A stretch of DNA of 64,000 nucleotides from Phormidium sp. (GCA_051013385.1 CP143273.1:1888001-1952000), one strand, 5' to 3'; positions 21,409 to 31,654 are shown, numbered from the stretch's first letter. The notes: generated by a model not told the origin, from the sequence alone. Numbers and translations are program-made.

Positions 21409-22692
21409 TTAGCGATCGCGCTCCAAATCTTGAATTGCCTTTTCCCAATACCATTCTTCCGGCATTCCGGGATATTTATAACGCGCAATATCCACCAACC
21501 GTTCAGCGATATCTCGAAATCCGCCAACCATTCTAATTAGTTGATTTTGTAATTCGGTTAAAGATGTAGATTTTGCTTGAGAAAAGAAATCCGAGGAATT
21601 TCTTCTTGGCGAACGTTGGGGACGAGATTGTAGTTTTTTAATTTGATCCAATAGGTTTCTGTATTGTTGCCAATCTCCGCGATTAAAGTAAATATTAGCA
21701 GCTTGTTGATAATCATCGATCGCCCCTGGTAAATCTTCAAAATCTAAACGTGCAGCTGCCCTTTGATAATAAGCTTGCGGCTCATCTGATTTCTCTTTGA
21801 TCGCACGAGAATAATCTTCAATTGCTAAACGATGATTAGCAGATTTGTGATGAGCATTACCCCGATAAATATAGGCATCTATGTAATTTGGATCGATCTG
21901 TAATGCTTGGTTGCAATCATTTATTGCACCCCGATAATCACCCATTTCCAAACGTACCATCGCCCGATAACAATAAGCTTGTAAATTTTGGGAATTGAGT
22001 TGTAATGCTTTATTTAAATCAGCAATTGCTTGTTGATTATAGCCGAGTTTACTTAATACCATTCCGCGATAAGAATGTGCTTGAACATCATTAGGATCGG
22101 CTTGAATTAGCCAGTTTAAATCTTCCAAAGATTGTCTTAAGTCGCCTCTTTGCACTTTTTGTAATACCTGCTCGTAAAAACCAGTATGGGTAGCTAATGC
22201 AGTTTGGGCGCGATTTTGTTCTGCTTGAATTTCGGTAATACTATTAATGCAACGTTGACAATTTTGCTTGTCTTTTTCTGCCAAATAAATGTTAGCAGCT
22301 TGCTTAAAACTGGCGATCGCTTCCGCTAAATTTCCCAAGCGACGGTAAGCTGTTCCTTGCAAGCTATAAGCAGCAGCTAATTTGTTATTTAATTTCAAAC
22401 TTTGTTCCGCATCAGCAAGCGCCCCAGCATTGTCTTTTAATGCTAACTTAGTCAATCCGCGACTTAAATAAATTTCCGTTCTTTCCGGTTGTAATTGCAA
22501 AGCTTGGTTGTAGTCAGCTATTGCGCCTGTGCGATCGCCTAATTCAAAGCGACATCTTCCCCGTTTATAATATGCCTCAACTAATTGGGGATTGATTCGC
22601 AAAACGCGATCGAATTCTCGCACTGCGCCTGCAAAATCTCCCGCTTGCGCCTTTTCTAATCCCCGATTGTAAAACTCTTGTTCTTGCTCCAT
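21409..22692 (-). CDS. Tetratricopeptide repeat protein
   Basis: Multiple AYY.RG...LG....AI.D..QAL repeats. Confidence 0.92.
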   Translation of the reverse strand: MEQEQEFYNRGLEKAQAGDFAGAVREFDRVLRINPQLVEAYYKRGRCRFELGDRTGAIADYNQALQLQPERTEIYLSRGLTKLALKDNAGALADAEQSLKLNNKLAAAYSLQGTAYRRLGNLAEAIASFKQAANIYLAEKDKQNCQRCINSITEIQAEQNRAQTALATHTGFYEQVLQKVQRGDLRQSLEDLNWLIQADPNDVQAHSYRGMVLSKLGYNQQAIADLNKALQLNSQNLQAYCYRAMVRLEMGDYRGAINDCNQALQIDPNYIDAYIYRGNAHHKSANHRLAIEDYSRAIKEKSDEPQAYYQRAAARLDFEDLPGAIDDYQQAANIYFNRGDWQQYRNLLDQIKKLQSRPQRSPRRNSSDFFSQAKSTSLTELQNQLIRMVGGFRDIAERLVDIARYKYPGMPEEWYWEKAIQDLERDR

Positions 22693-22820
22693 CTGACAAA
22701 ATCCATTTATCCAACTCTTGTTTATTACTTTAACTCATAGCAAAAATCCTGCGCCTCAAGGCTAAACTTACTAGCAGCAGGATTTTAATTTCAAATATCT
22801 TTTACTTTAATGAAAATTCA

Positions 22821-25163
22821 TCAACTAAGCAACTGATTCAAAGTAGTAGCGAAGTTTTCCACTTCAGGTTTACCAATTTCTCGCCAGCCATCATCACCCA
22901 AAATTAAACAGAGATCGTGCTTGTTTGTTGGGTAAAATTTAGCGATCGTATTTGGCGATAACCACAGTTTCAATTTTCCCTCATCAGAAGGCTTTGCCGA
23001 AACTATAAACAAGCATTTTGAACAATTACTGGGTACAGATAGCATTCGAGCTTTAGGCGGACTAACCATTAAATTAGTAGGCCAACAATCAAAAGTCAAT
23101 TGGTGCTGACTGGCGATTTTTAGTATTAATTGAAACTCTTCCCCAATGCCATTCTCCTCAGCCATCCGCAAAATTGATGCTAAACTCAATTTTCCACTGT
23201 TATAGTAAGTGGAAAATTGACTGAATCTGGAAATAACGAACTTGTCAGTTTTTTTTTCCACAGGTTCTGGCGGTTTACTTGGCGGAAACTGAGGAATTTT
23301 CGGGGTTAGTTTCTCAGTTTTTTCCTGTAATTCCTGCAATTGTTGTTGCATTTGAGCAAAACTATCTAACAGTTGAGGAATCATTGCTACTTGTTCATTT
23401 GAAGTAGTTAGCTGTTGTTTGAGAGATGCAATTTCTAATTTTAGTTGTTGATTTTCTTGCTCTAAGTAACTAGGATCAAATTCAGGTTTTCCCGTTTCTA
23501 ATTCCGTTATTTGAGCTACTAATTTTTGTTCCAAAGACTCTACAATTTGTCTGATTTCTGCCATTTCTTGTGGCTCGGAACGTTCGTTAACCTGAACAGA
23601 CAACCCGGCAAAATAATCTTTTAATAGTTTGATATCTCTTTCTATGTAACCAGTATCAAAACCTGTGGTTGAATTTAATGTTGCTAGTCTTTCTTGTACT
23701 GTATCTGTAATTTGCCTTAACTCAGAAACTTGTTGTAACTCCCGCTCCCTAAATTCCGCTCTTAACTGAGTTAAATGCTCTTTTAATTGATTGATTTCTT
23801 GCTCCAATTCACTAGGATTAAAACTTGCAGGCGCGTCAGGTAATGTAGTTAAGCGTTCTTGAACTGTATTTGTTATTTGCCTTAACTCAGAAAGTTGCTG
23901 TGATTCCCGATCGCTAAATTCCGCTCTTAACTGAGCTAAATGCTCTTTTAATTGATTGATTTCTTGCTCCAATTCACTAGGATTAAAACTTGCAGGCGCG
24001 TCAGGTAATGTAGTTAAGCGTTCTTGAACTGTATTTGTTATTTGCCTTAACTCAGAAAGTTGCTGTGATTCCCGATCGCTAAATTCCGCTCTTAACTGAG
24101 TTAAATGCTCTTTTAATTGATTGATTTCTTGCTCCAATTCACTAGGATTAAAACTTGCAGGCGCGTCAGGTAATGTAGTTAAGCGTTCTTGAACTGTATT
24201 TGTTATTTGCCTTAACTCAGAAAGTTGCTGTGATTCCCGATCGCTAAATTCCGCTCTTAACTGAGTTAAATGCTCTTTTAATTGATTGATTTCTTGCTCC
24301 AATTCACTAGGATTAAAACTTGCAGGCGCGTCAGGTAATGTAGTTAAGCGTTCTTGAACTGTATTTGTTATTTGCCTTAACTCAGAAAGTTGCTGTGATT
24401 CCCGATCGCTAAATTCCGCTCTTAACTGAGTTAAATGCTCTTTTAATTGATTGATTTCTTGTTCTAAATAACTGGTATCAACACTAGCTGTTGTTGTCGG
24501 TAGTTCAGCTATTTTTTGTTGAAGCAAATCAGTAGTTTGTCTTAATTCTGTTATTTGGGGTAACTCTGCCCGCTCTTTGAACTCAGCACTTAATTTAGCA
24601 ATATCTGCTTGCAATTTAGCAATTTGTTCCTTTTCGTCATTTTGGTAAATAATGCCTTCTAATTCGATAACTGCTGCTTTCAATTCAGCAATTTGTTGCT
24701 CTACATAATTTGTGTCAAACGTCGCCAAATTTTGCGGAATTTCCGGCTGTTCTTTGGTTGTTGTGGAAGTAAGGTTGCTCAATGCTTCTTGCAGACTAAC
24801 AAATTGCTTTCGCAGAGCAGAAATTTCTGCTTGAGTAGGTTGAGAATCTACAGTTTTGCTAGCAAGCGATAAATCTTGAACGGAAGCTTGTAGCGATCGC
24901 ATTTCCCCAGCAACTTCTTTATCTACCTGCTCGATCCGATTGTCGATTTCCGAAACGATCGCCGTAATATCATCCTCTAACTTTTGCTGAAATTTCCCTC
25001 TGTTGATCAAATTCAGCGACAGCGCCAAAGTCAGAGGAGCCGCCGCTACAATCATTTGTTGTGACCAAATCGCAGCCAGCGTCCCAGCCACACTAGCACC
25101 AACTGAAACCTTCTCTGCAACCCTCAGACCGTTGTTTTCGTTGCTAGCTTTCATGGAGTACAC
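22821..25163 (-). CDS. Membrane-anchored coiled-coil protein with 55-aa internal tandem repeats
   Basis: N-terminal hydrophobic segments; four near-identical 165-bp units. Confidence 0.85.
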   Translation of the reverse strand: MYSMKASNENNGLRVAEKVSVGASVAGTLAAIWSQQMIVAAAPLTLALSLNLINRGKFQQKLEDDITAIVSEIDNRIEQVDKEVAGEMRSLQASVQDLSLASKTVDSQPTQAEISALRKQFVSLQEALSNLTSTTTKEQPEIPQNLATFDTNYVEQQIAELKAAVIELEGIIYQNDEKEQIAKLQADIAKLSAEFKERAELPQITELRQTTDLLQQKIAELPTTTASVDTSYLEQEINQLKEHLTQLRAEFSDRESQQLSELRQITNTVQERLTTLPDAPASFNPSELEQEINQLKEHLTQLRAEFSDRESQQLSELRQITNTVQERLTTLPDAPASFNPSELEQEINQLKEHLTQLRAEFSDRESQQLSELRQITNTVQERLTTLPDAPASFNPSELEQEINQLKEHLAQLRAEFSDRESQQLSELRQITNTVQERLTTLPDAPASFNPSELEQEINQLKEHLTQLRAEFRERELQQVSELRQITDTVQERLATLNSTTGFDTGYIERDIKLLKDYFAGLSVQVNERSEPQEMAEIRQIVESLEQKLVAQITELETGKPEFDPSYLEQENQQLKLEIASLKQQLTTSNEQVAMIPQLLDSFAQMQQQLQELQEKTEKLTPKIPQFPPSKPPEPVEKKTDKFVISRFSQFSTYYNSGKLSLASILRMAEENGIGEEFQLILKIASQHQLTFDCWPTNLMVSPPKARMLSVPSNCSKCLFIVSAKPSDEGKLKLWLSPNTIAKFYPTNKHDLCLILGDDGWREIGKPEVENFATTLNQLLS
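23690..24465. repeat. 165-bp intragenic tandem repeat (four near-identical copies plus a diverged partial copy)
   Basis: AAACTTGCAGGCGCG recurs at 23821, 23986 and onward with period 165. Confidence 0.93.
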
Positions 25164-25268
25164 CTACAAATTGTAAATTTGTTTTGCCTGTTAAGTAAAA
25201 TCTATCATATAATTTATCGCGTCAATAATTGATAACTTGTTCAGATTTCCTTTTCATCTGCGTAAAGT

Positions 25269-25516
25269 TTACCCAAGAAACTGAGTTTCTCTTGTACTAG
25301 CAGATTCTTCAGCTAATTTTGTGATATTTAAACAATCCCTTTCATTTTGGAAAATTGACTTTTTTTCCAATTCTTGTAAGTGATTCCAGTTTAATTCCAC
25401 TCCAATAATTTTATTTGTTGATTTAAATTTATGTATAAAGGTTCAAGATGTCTAGACTCAACGGCTGAAAATAATGCTGCTTCAGAACATAGAGTTTCTA
25501 TAGTCAGGATTGGCAT
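25269..25516 (-). pseudogene. Probable collapsed restriction-modification relic (REase N-terminus joined to MTase fragments)
   Basis: MPILTIETLCSEAALFSAVESRHLEPLY, then in another frame KFKSTNKIIGVELNWNHLQE. The family resemblance is from memory only. Confidence 0.45.
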
Positions 25517-25684
25517 ACTTGTAGCTAAAAATAGTGCCAAATAAATATCCTAACCTGAAATTATCCTTCTAACATCTATTTTATATAAGAGATAAAGGAC
25601 TGAGAAATTTTGGCTTACTACATTCCATCCCAAAATCTAAAACTCCCCAGTCCCCAATCACCAGTCCCCAATCCCCAGTCCCGA

Positions 25685-26092
25685 TTATTGCCAATTCCAA
25701 GATTTTAATCGAAAGACTAAATTAGCCTGTTCAGGTTTAGATTGTAACTCGGAAAATTGAGTTAAAAATATCGAGTGTCCGTTTCTTAAACTAACGAAAT
25801 TTTCTGCCTCTATCTTCAAAGTTTTGTTGTTACCAAAATTACATTCAAAAGGTGCAACTCTGGAAGCACTCAAGGGGCCAAACTGACTTCCCAATCTAAC
25901 TCCAACACAAGTAATGTCTGACGGTTTTTTACCAGCTTGGCGCAAAGCAGTATTTACTTCTGTGTTTAGTTTGCTGGATTGCCGAACCAAAGGCATAATG
26001 TCATTTAAAGCTAGAGTTCCCTGGGCTAAAGCTGTTTGAGAAATCAAACTGCCTGCGATCGCCAAAGGTAGCACAAACTTAGTAATATTCAT
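25685..26092 (-). CDS. Hypothetical secreted protein
   Basis: Signal peptide ending in ALA; two Cys; RLG..FGPL...RVAPF. Confidence 0.7.
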   Translation of the reverse strand: MNITKFVLPLAIAGSLISQTALAQGTLALNDIMPLVRQSSKLNTEVNTALRQAGKKPSDITCVGVRLGSQFGPLSASRVAPFECNFGNNKTLKIEAENFVSLRNGHSIFLTQFSELQSKPEQANLVFRLKSWNWQ

Positions 26093-26305
26093 TTTTGATC
26101 TCGCTCTGACAAAATTTCACAATACTATGATAAATTGACTCTTTAGATAGAAATCGGTTCCCATAAGCAAAACATTTTAAATTGTTTAGCAACAAGGCTC
26201 AGTTCATGCTAAGGTGACAGATTGAGCCAAGAATCCAACGCGCTTCTGCCGTAGGAATATTAATAAGCTCAATAAGGCATCTGTATAGTAGATAAACTGA
26301 AACTC

Positions 26306-26707
26306 ATGGCTGACATCGTTGATATTGCAGTTAGCGCAGGTTCGTTCCAGACTTTAGTAACAGCTGTTCAAATAGCTGGTTTAGTGGATGCGCTGAAAAG
26401 TCCTGGGCCTTTTACAGTTTTTGCACCTAATGACGAAGCTTTTGCCAAACTGCCACCGGGAACAGTAGAGTCTTTGGTGAAAAGTCCTCCTCAGTTAGGC
26501 AGGATTCTCAAATATCATGTAGTGGCAGGAAGATTAATGAAAGAAGACCTAGCTAAACTTAATTCTGTCACTTCTTTAGAAGGTTCGCCGATTCCCATCG
26601 ATTGTTCTGATGCTTTTGAAGTGAAAAATTCCACAGTTATTGCCGCAGATATTGAAGCGGATAACGGTGTAATTCATGTGATCGATCGCGTAATATTGAT
26701 GGGTTAA
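26306..26707 (+). CDS. Fasciclin (FAS1) domain protein
   Basis: [18 protein letters not shown] and [10 protein letters not shown] motifs. Confidence 0.95.
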   Translation: MADIVDIAVSAGSFQTLVTAVQIAGLVDALKSPGPFTVFAPNDEAFAKLPPGTVESLVKSPPQLGRILKYHVVAGRLMKEDLAKLNSVTSLEGSPIPIDCSDAFEVKNSTVIAADIEADNGVIHVIDRVILMG

Positions 26708-26834
26708 TCTGTTCAGATTGTAGAGACGTTGTATACAACGTCTCTACTAAAATGGTACTGTCTGAAGCAGCAGACAAACTGATAATTCTATTTGAGAAAT
26801 TAACTAAAGCAATTGTAGAGTAGAAGAAACTGAA

Positions 26835-28070
26835 ATGACAGGGCAAGAAACACAAGGTAAACCAATTAATTTAAACATCAATCCTAAAGATATTTCCTGG
26901 GCTTATTGGCCTGTTTTACCACTTTATCCATATAGCAAAAGACGGACTATTCGTAAAGAAGTGGTTCCAGATACTATCTGGACTTTCGATCAGTTACAAG
27001 GCATTTTTTATGTTGCTGTACCAATTAGAATGACGGTTGTCAGATTAGAAACCGGAGGTTTGTTAATCTATGCACCAGTCGCCCCAACTTTAGAATGTAT
27101 TAGATTAGTTAAAGAATTGGTGGCAAAATATGGCGATGTAAAATATATAATTTTGCCCACAGTTTCCGGTTTGGAACATAAAGTTTTTGTTGGCCCTTTT
27201 GCCAGACGGTTTCCCCAATCGCAAATTTTCATCGCCCCAGGACAATGGAGTTTTCCCATTTCTTTACCTTTGAGTTGGTTAGGTTTTCCCGGAAAACGCA
27301 CTCAAATACTTCCAGAAGATAGCAGTAAAACTCCTTTTCCTGATGAGTTTGATTATCGAATTTTAGGCCCGATTGGATTAGGTTTAGGTTCATTTGGCGA
27401 GGTGGCTTTTTTTCATAAGCGATCGCAAACTCTCCTAGTAACTGACTCGGTAGTTTCCGTCCCCGAACATCCCCCAGAAATCGTTGAACTTGACCCTTAT
27501 CCTTTACTTTTCCACGCCAAAGATGATGCTTTTTCTGTTGTTGAAGACAACGAAGCTAATCGTCAAAAAGGTTGGCAACGCATCTCATTATTTGCCTTTT
27601 ATTTTCGTCCTAGTGCAATGGAAACAGTGAAATTAGGACAAGCATTTCGGAGTTCTTTCCAAGTTGGCGATCGCTCCAAAAAAGCTTATTTTGGTATCTA
27701 TCCATTCAAATGGAAAAATGGCTGGCAACATTCATTTAACGCCCTCCGAAGAGATGGGCATTTATTAGTAGCACCAATCTTACAAGCTTTGATTTTGAAT
27801 CGCGCACCACAGGAAACAATTAATTGGGCAAATCAAGTTACTCAATGGAATTTTCACCGGATTATTCCCTGTCATTTTGATGCACCAATTTCCGCAACTC
27901 CCCAGCAATTTCGCCAAGCATTCAACTTTTTAGAAAAAAATCCTGCTATCACCGATGATTTAATTGGTGCTACTAAACCTCTGCCAGAAGAAGATTTTCA
28001 ACTACTCAGAGAACTGGATGAAGCTTTAGGCAAACTTGGCATTGTGCCACCGTCAAAAGAAAAAATTTAA
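26835..28070 (+). CDS. DUF4336 domain protein (metallo-beta-lactamase-like fold)
   Basis: RMTVVRL, GLEHKVF, EVAFFHK.SQTLLVTD and IIPCHF motifs. Confidence 0.8.
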   Translation: MTGQETQGKPINLNINPKDISWAYWPVLPLYPYSKRRTIRKEVVPDTIWTFDQLQGIFYVAVPIRMTVVRLETGGLLIYAPVAPTLECIRLVKELVAKYGDVKYIILPTVSGLEHKVFVGPFARRFPQSQIFIAPGQWSFPISLPLSWLGFPGKRTQILPEDSSKTPFPDEFDYRILGPIGLGLGSFGEVAFFHKRSQTLLVTDSVVSVPEHPPEIVELDPYPLLFHAKDDAFSVVEDNEANRQKGWQRISLFAFYFRPSAMETVKLGQAFRSSFQVGDRSKKAYFGIYPFKWKNGWQHSFNALRRDGHLLVAPILQALILNRAPQETINWANQVTQWNFHRIIPCHFDAPISATPQQFRQAFNFLEKNPAITDDLIGATKPLPEEDFQLLRELDEALGKLGIVPPSKEKI

Positions 28071-28077
28071 GCTGAAT

Positions 28078-28470
28078 TTACTTGTACAAAACAGCTTCTT
28101 TCAAAGTGGCAACTTTAGCGATTGCTTGGTTAATCCCCTCTTGTGAAACTCCTTTACTAGCCATTGCTTCACTTAAATGTTTAGCGATCGCATCAAAATG
28201 TTCTGGTTGTAAATTTAAACCCTCGTGTGCTTTTTCCATCGATTTTCCTGTATATTGTTTTGGTCCACCAAGAGCAAAAGAGATAAAAGCAGTTTGGTGA
28301 CGACGTTGCTTTTCCATATCTGTATGCGCGAAAAACTGATTAACAGTATCCTCTGCTAAAACACGGTTGTAAAAGTCATCAACTATTTCTCTAACTGCTG
28401 ATTCTCCACCAAGCTGTTCATATAAACTTGTTGTCGTTCGGTTCCTAATTCTTTCTCTTGAAATTGTCAT
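28078..28470 (-). CDS. Group I truncated hemoglobin (cyanoglobin-like)
   Basis: SLYEQLGG, FY.RVLA.D...FF, LGGP..YTG.SM..AH and HFDAI motifs. Confidence 0.93.
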   Translation of the reverse strand: MTISRERIRNRTTTSLYEQLGGESAVREIVDDFYNRVLAEDTVNQFFAHTDMEKQRRHQTAFISFALGGPKQYTGKSMEKAHEGLNLQPEHFDAIAKHLSEAMASKGVSQEGINQAIAKVATLKEAVLYK

Positions 28471-28829
28471 AATAGGATTTATCCTTTTCCAAACATTCTA
28501 CCCAAATCCTATCTTTATACTTCAGCAATCTCCTCTTTCAAAAGATCTAAAAGATAGAAAGTTATTTATCATACATTAGACAGAAGTATAATGATATTGC
28601 TCTGTCGTAAGAATGAATTTTACAGATTACAATTTTTGCATTAACCTAATAGACAATCAGTTATGGTTCTTTAGCACCAAAAGCTTTTAGGAATAAGTAA
28701 CTATTTGGTATAAGTAAACTAGCGATCGCTAGTTTTAGGGAACAAGGAACAGAAAATAAAACTTGGGTGTACCTCCCAAGTTTGAAAAACGCTATATTAC
28801 AAATAGGATACCAACTACCATTATTGGCA

Positions 28830-29069
28830 ATGTCTATTTCCAAATTAGAAGCAAAACAACTTTTAGAAAGAATGATTTTTGAGGAGACAAGCCCTCAAGA
28901 TTGGGTACAAGACGTTTGGGGATTAAGCCCTTTGTTGGGAGATAGCGCAGCTAAATTATTTGAAGCTTTTGAGATGTTAATTGAGTGTTGTCCTGAAGAA
29001 AAATTAGATAATTTGTTGCAATCTTTGTATCGAGAATATCTTGATTCGGAGTCAATACTGCTCGGTTAA
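28830..29069 (+). CDS. Small hypothetical protein; C-terminus extended by a MITE insertion
   Basis: ATG at 28830; the last codons and the stop are supplied by the MITE TIR. Confidence 0.7.
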   Translation: MSISKLEAKQLLERMIFEETSPQDWVQDVWGLSPLLGDSAAKLFEAFEMLIECCPEEKLDNLLQSLYREYLDSESILLG

Positions 29070-29176
29070 GGGTAGGGGCGAAGCATTCGGGCCAAAATTT
29101 ATGGGTGAAAACCTAGATTTTCTGCCCGAATGCTTCGCCCCTACAGTCCACAAATTTGCTTAACCGAGCAGTATTG
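29053..29176. mobile_element. MITE, 124 bp, with IS4-family-like ends
   Basis: Perfect 18-bp TIRs CAATACTGCTCGGTTAAG and a 10-bp TSD GATTCGGAGT (29043-29052, 29177-29186). Confidence 0.92.
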
Positions 29177-29238
29177 GATTCGGAGTAGATTCGGGATTGG
29201 GGATTAGGTACTAGGTACTGGGGACTTTTTGTACTGGG

Positions 29239-29583
29239 CTATAAGTACAAGATTGTTCTTAGCCCTTCATCTATTTCCTCTTGTAAATAGCCTGGTACTG
29301 TGCCAACACGCTCAACCAAAAATTTTTTGTCGATCGTCAAAATTTGAGAGACATTAGCAACAGAATCTCTAGGCAAACCTGATGTTTCACGGGGTAACAA
29401 TACATTGCCAGGTGCTTCTGCTAACTGAATATTTGAGGTAATGATAACGACGATTATTGTACTGATGCGGCTCTGATTAAATGTGTCATCTTCAATGATT
29501 AAAACAGGACGACGATAACCAGGTTCCGAACCTACTGGATCGGGTAAATTCGCCCACCAAATTTCTCCCCGATACATTACCAA
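29239..29583 (-). CDS. PemK/MazF-family toxin
   Basis: RGEIWWANL.DPVGSEPG.RRPVLI and SVANVSQI.TIDK motifs. Confidence 0.93.
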   Translation of the reverse strand: MVMYRGEIWWANLPDPVGSEPGYRRPVLIIEDDTFNQSRISTIIVVIITSNIQLAEAPGNVLLPRETSGLPRDSVANVSQILTIDKKFLVERVGTVPGYLQEEIDEGLRTILYL

Positions 29584-29813
29584 TCCTCACGCGGTAGAGA
29601 CATAAATTGGATTTTTGCTAATAGGGGATCTAGCTCAGAAGACTCTTCCGAATAAACTTGGTTCAGCTTATTTAAGATTTGATTACGGTTATACTTTCGC
29701 AAATATGCTTGCAACGCTTTTGTATAAAGTTCGCTGCGTGATAAGCCTAACTGTTTAGCCAGTGCTTCTGCTTCTTCAAAAACTGAATCTGGTAGCGAAA
29801 TAGCAGTTTTCAT
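29577..29813 (-). CDS. RHH/CopG-type antitoxin paired with MazF
   Basis: MKTAISLPD...LGLSRSELY; overlaps the toxin start. Confidence 0.88.
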   Translation of the reverse strand: MKTAISLPDSVFEEAEALAKQLGLSRSELYTKALQAYLRKYNRNQILNKLNQVYSEESSELDPLLAKIQFMSLPREDW

Positions 29814-29876
29814 TTGGTTTTGACTGTAATCGACTACATTTTTAGTTATACTGCGGTTATACCAAAACTGCAAGAG

Positions 29877-30009
29877 CTAAGTCCCGGTAATTACTCTCAC
29901 TGCAATTTCAACGTTTTCAACGGTTGCTAGCCTTCTGAGGATCTGCTTTCCCTCTTTCTTGTCCGTTGCGCTGAATCAAACTGAGATGATCGGTGTCAAG
30001 AATGTACAT
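29877..30009 (-). pseudogene. VapC/PIN toxin N-terminal remnant
   Basis: MYILDTDHLSLIQRNGQE, then after a frameshift EGKQILRRLATVENVEIAVRVIT, then a stop. Confidence 0.75.
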
Positions 30010-30090
30010 TAAACCTTCTATCCTTTAAGATCGCCAGATGATAAAATAAAAAGTCAGAATCAAGGGTAAAAATTTGATGAAAATGTAGCT

Positions 30091-30336
30091 ATGAGCGTTG
30101 TTGTCCCTGACGAAATTTTAACTGCAACTCACATGACTGAAGCAGAAATGCGTCAGGAAATCGCTGTAATGCTTTTCCAGAAAGAAAAATTAACCCTTGC
30201 TCAAGCCAGCCGATTTGCAGGAATGCACCGCGTTGCATTTCAGCACTTACTCGCAAGTCGTCAGATTCCCGTGCATTATGGTGTAGAAGATTTGGAACAG
30301 GACATTAAAACTTTGCGGGAGATGGGGAGACTGTGA
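30091..30336 (+). CDS. UPF0175-family antitoxin
   Basis: EIAVMLFQKEKLTLAQASRFAG...LLASRQIP; overlaps a PIN gene. Confidence 0.88.
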   Translation: MSVVVPDEILTATHMTEAEMRQEIAVMLFQKEKLTLAQASRFAGMHRVAFQHLLASRQIPVHYGVEDLEQDIKTLREMGRL

Positions 30337-30830
30337 TTATTGTGAGTGATACGTCACCGATCAATAATCTGGCAGCGATTAACCAACTTCACCTTTTGCA
30401 GCAACTATACGGAACAGTTATCATTCCTGAAGCTGTTTATCGAGAACTGACTGATCCGAGCTTTCCTGTTGCAGGCGCGACTGAAGTCCAAACTTTTGAT
30501 TGGATTCAAACTCGTGCTGTTAGCGATCGCACAATCGTCCAAGCACTAAGCAATGAACTGGATGTTGGAGAAGCTGAAGCGATCGCTCTAGCAATTGAAA
30601 TTCAACCCGATCAGCTATTAATTGATGAACGTCGGGGTCGGCTAGTAGCATCCAGATTAAATCTACAATATATAGGAATCTTGGGAGTTTTGATTGAAGC
30701 AAAAAGTCAGGGTTTAGTTACTGAAGTGAAACCTTTGTTGGATGCTTTGATCAACCAAGCTGGGTTCTGGATTGCGGAACCTTTATATAACAGTGTTTTA
30801 AGGCTTGTTGATGAAGATGACTCGGTTTAA
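30333..30830 (+). CDS. DUF3368 PIN-domain protein (toxin)
   Basis: IVSDTSP, IPEAVYREL, LDVGEAEAI and LLIDERRGR motifs. Confidence 0.9.
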   Translation: MIIVSDTSPINNLAAINQLHLLQQLYGTVIIPEAVYRELTDPSFPVAGATEVQTFDWIQTRAVSDRTIVQALSNELDVGEAEAIALAIEIQPDQLLIDERRGRLVASRLNLQYIGILGVLIEAKSQGLVTEVKPLLDALINQAGFWIAEPLYNSVLRLVDEDDSV

Positions 30831-30831
30831 A

Positions 30832-31092
30832 TCATAGAATTAGACCCTGTTGGCGATACTTTTTGAGTAGGAGTTGCTGATATTCGCTGGCTGGTTTTGC
30901 GGTGGTTACTTCTGGGCGATCGACACTTTCAAACCATTTTAACCATGCTTCGACAAGCTTTTCTTTACTCTGACTTTCAGCAGTTTTGGCAAGATGTTTT
31001 TGGGTAATAAAATCGATGAAATCACTTACTTCTTGCAAGAGTGGTTCGGGAAGTTGTTATAGTTTGGCGATCGTACTATCACGAATAGTCAT
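30832..31092 (-). pseudogene. DUF2281-like antitoxin with an in-frame nonsense codon
   Basis: MTIRDSTIAKL*QLPEPLLQEV. TAA at 31057-31059 corresponds to CAA in the paralogs at 34359 and 34796. Confidence 0.8.
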
Positions 31093-31405
31093 AACAATTA
31101 CCTCTATACTGTTGTCCAGAATATACATTGTAAAGTGTTGGCAACCTATTCAACAGACTTGCGCCATTCTTGTCCAAGACGAACCGCTTCATCAAAGGTA
31201 GGATCGTTTTCAAAACTACCCGAAACTCTCCTAATATAACTAAAACTTATCAACCTAAGTACGGAAGAGCCGTAATTTCTTCACAGCTATCCTACTCTTC
31301 TGGCTTTAGGGAGATTTGTTTCTCCCTGACTTATCTAAGGGAAACATAAGAGTATAGAAATTTTTAGGAGTTGCATCAATGGATACATCAATTAATAAAA
31401 AAGAT

Positions 31406-31525
31406 TTAGGTTGCTAAGGCTTTTGCTTCTAAATCGATCGCACATAAAGATTCAAAACCTGCCAGGTGAAATCCCGTAGTTAATCCACCTGCACCCGCAA
31501 ATAAGTCAATGATTGTGTATGCCAT
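31406..31525 (-). pseudogene. C5-cytosine DNA methyltransferase N-terminal stub (39 codons)
   Basis: MAYTIIDLFAGAGGLTTGFHLAGFESLCAID matches Dcm motif I (FxGxGG), followed by a stop. Confidence 0.85.
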
Positions 31526-31654
31526 AATTGCATACTATAGTATTCGGTACAAACTGTCAATTTTACTGGGAGTGCGATCGAACTTAAATCATTACCCCAA
31601 AGAAAATAATTCTTGATACCTTAGAGGTTAGAACTAGGTTACTCATTCTGATTT

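Noticed and set aside
28561..28625. Possible NtcA box upstream of the globin gene
   Set aside because: No exact GTA-N8-TAC; only mismatched or mis-spaced candidates
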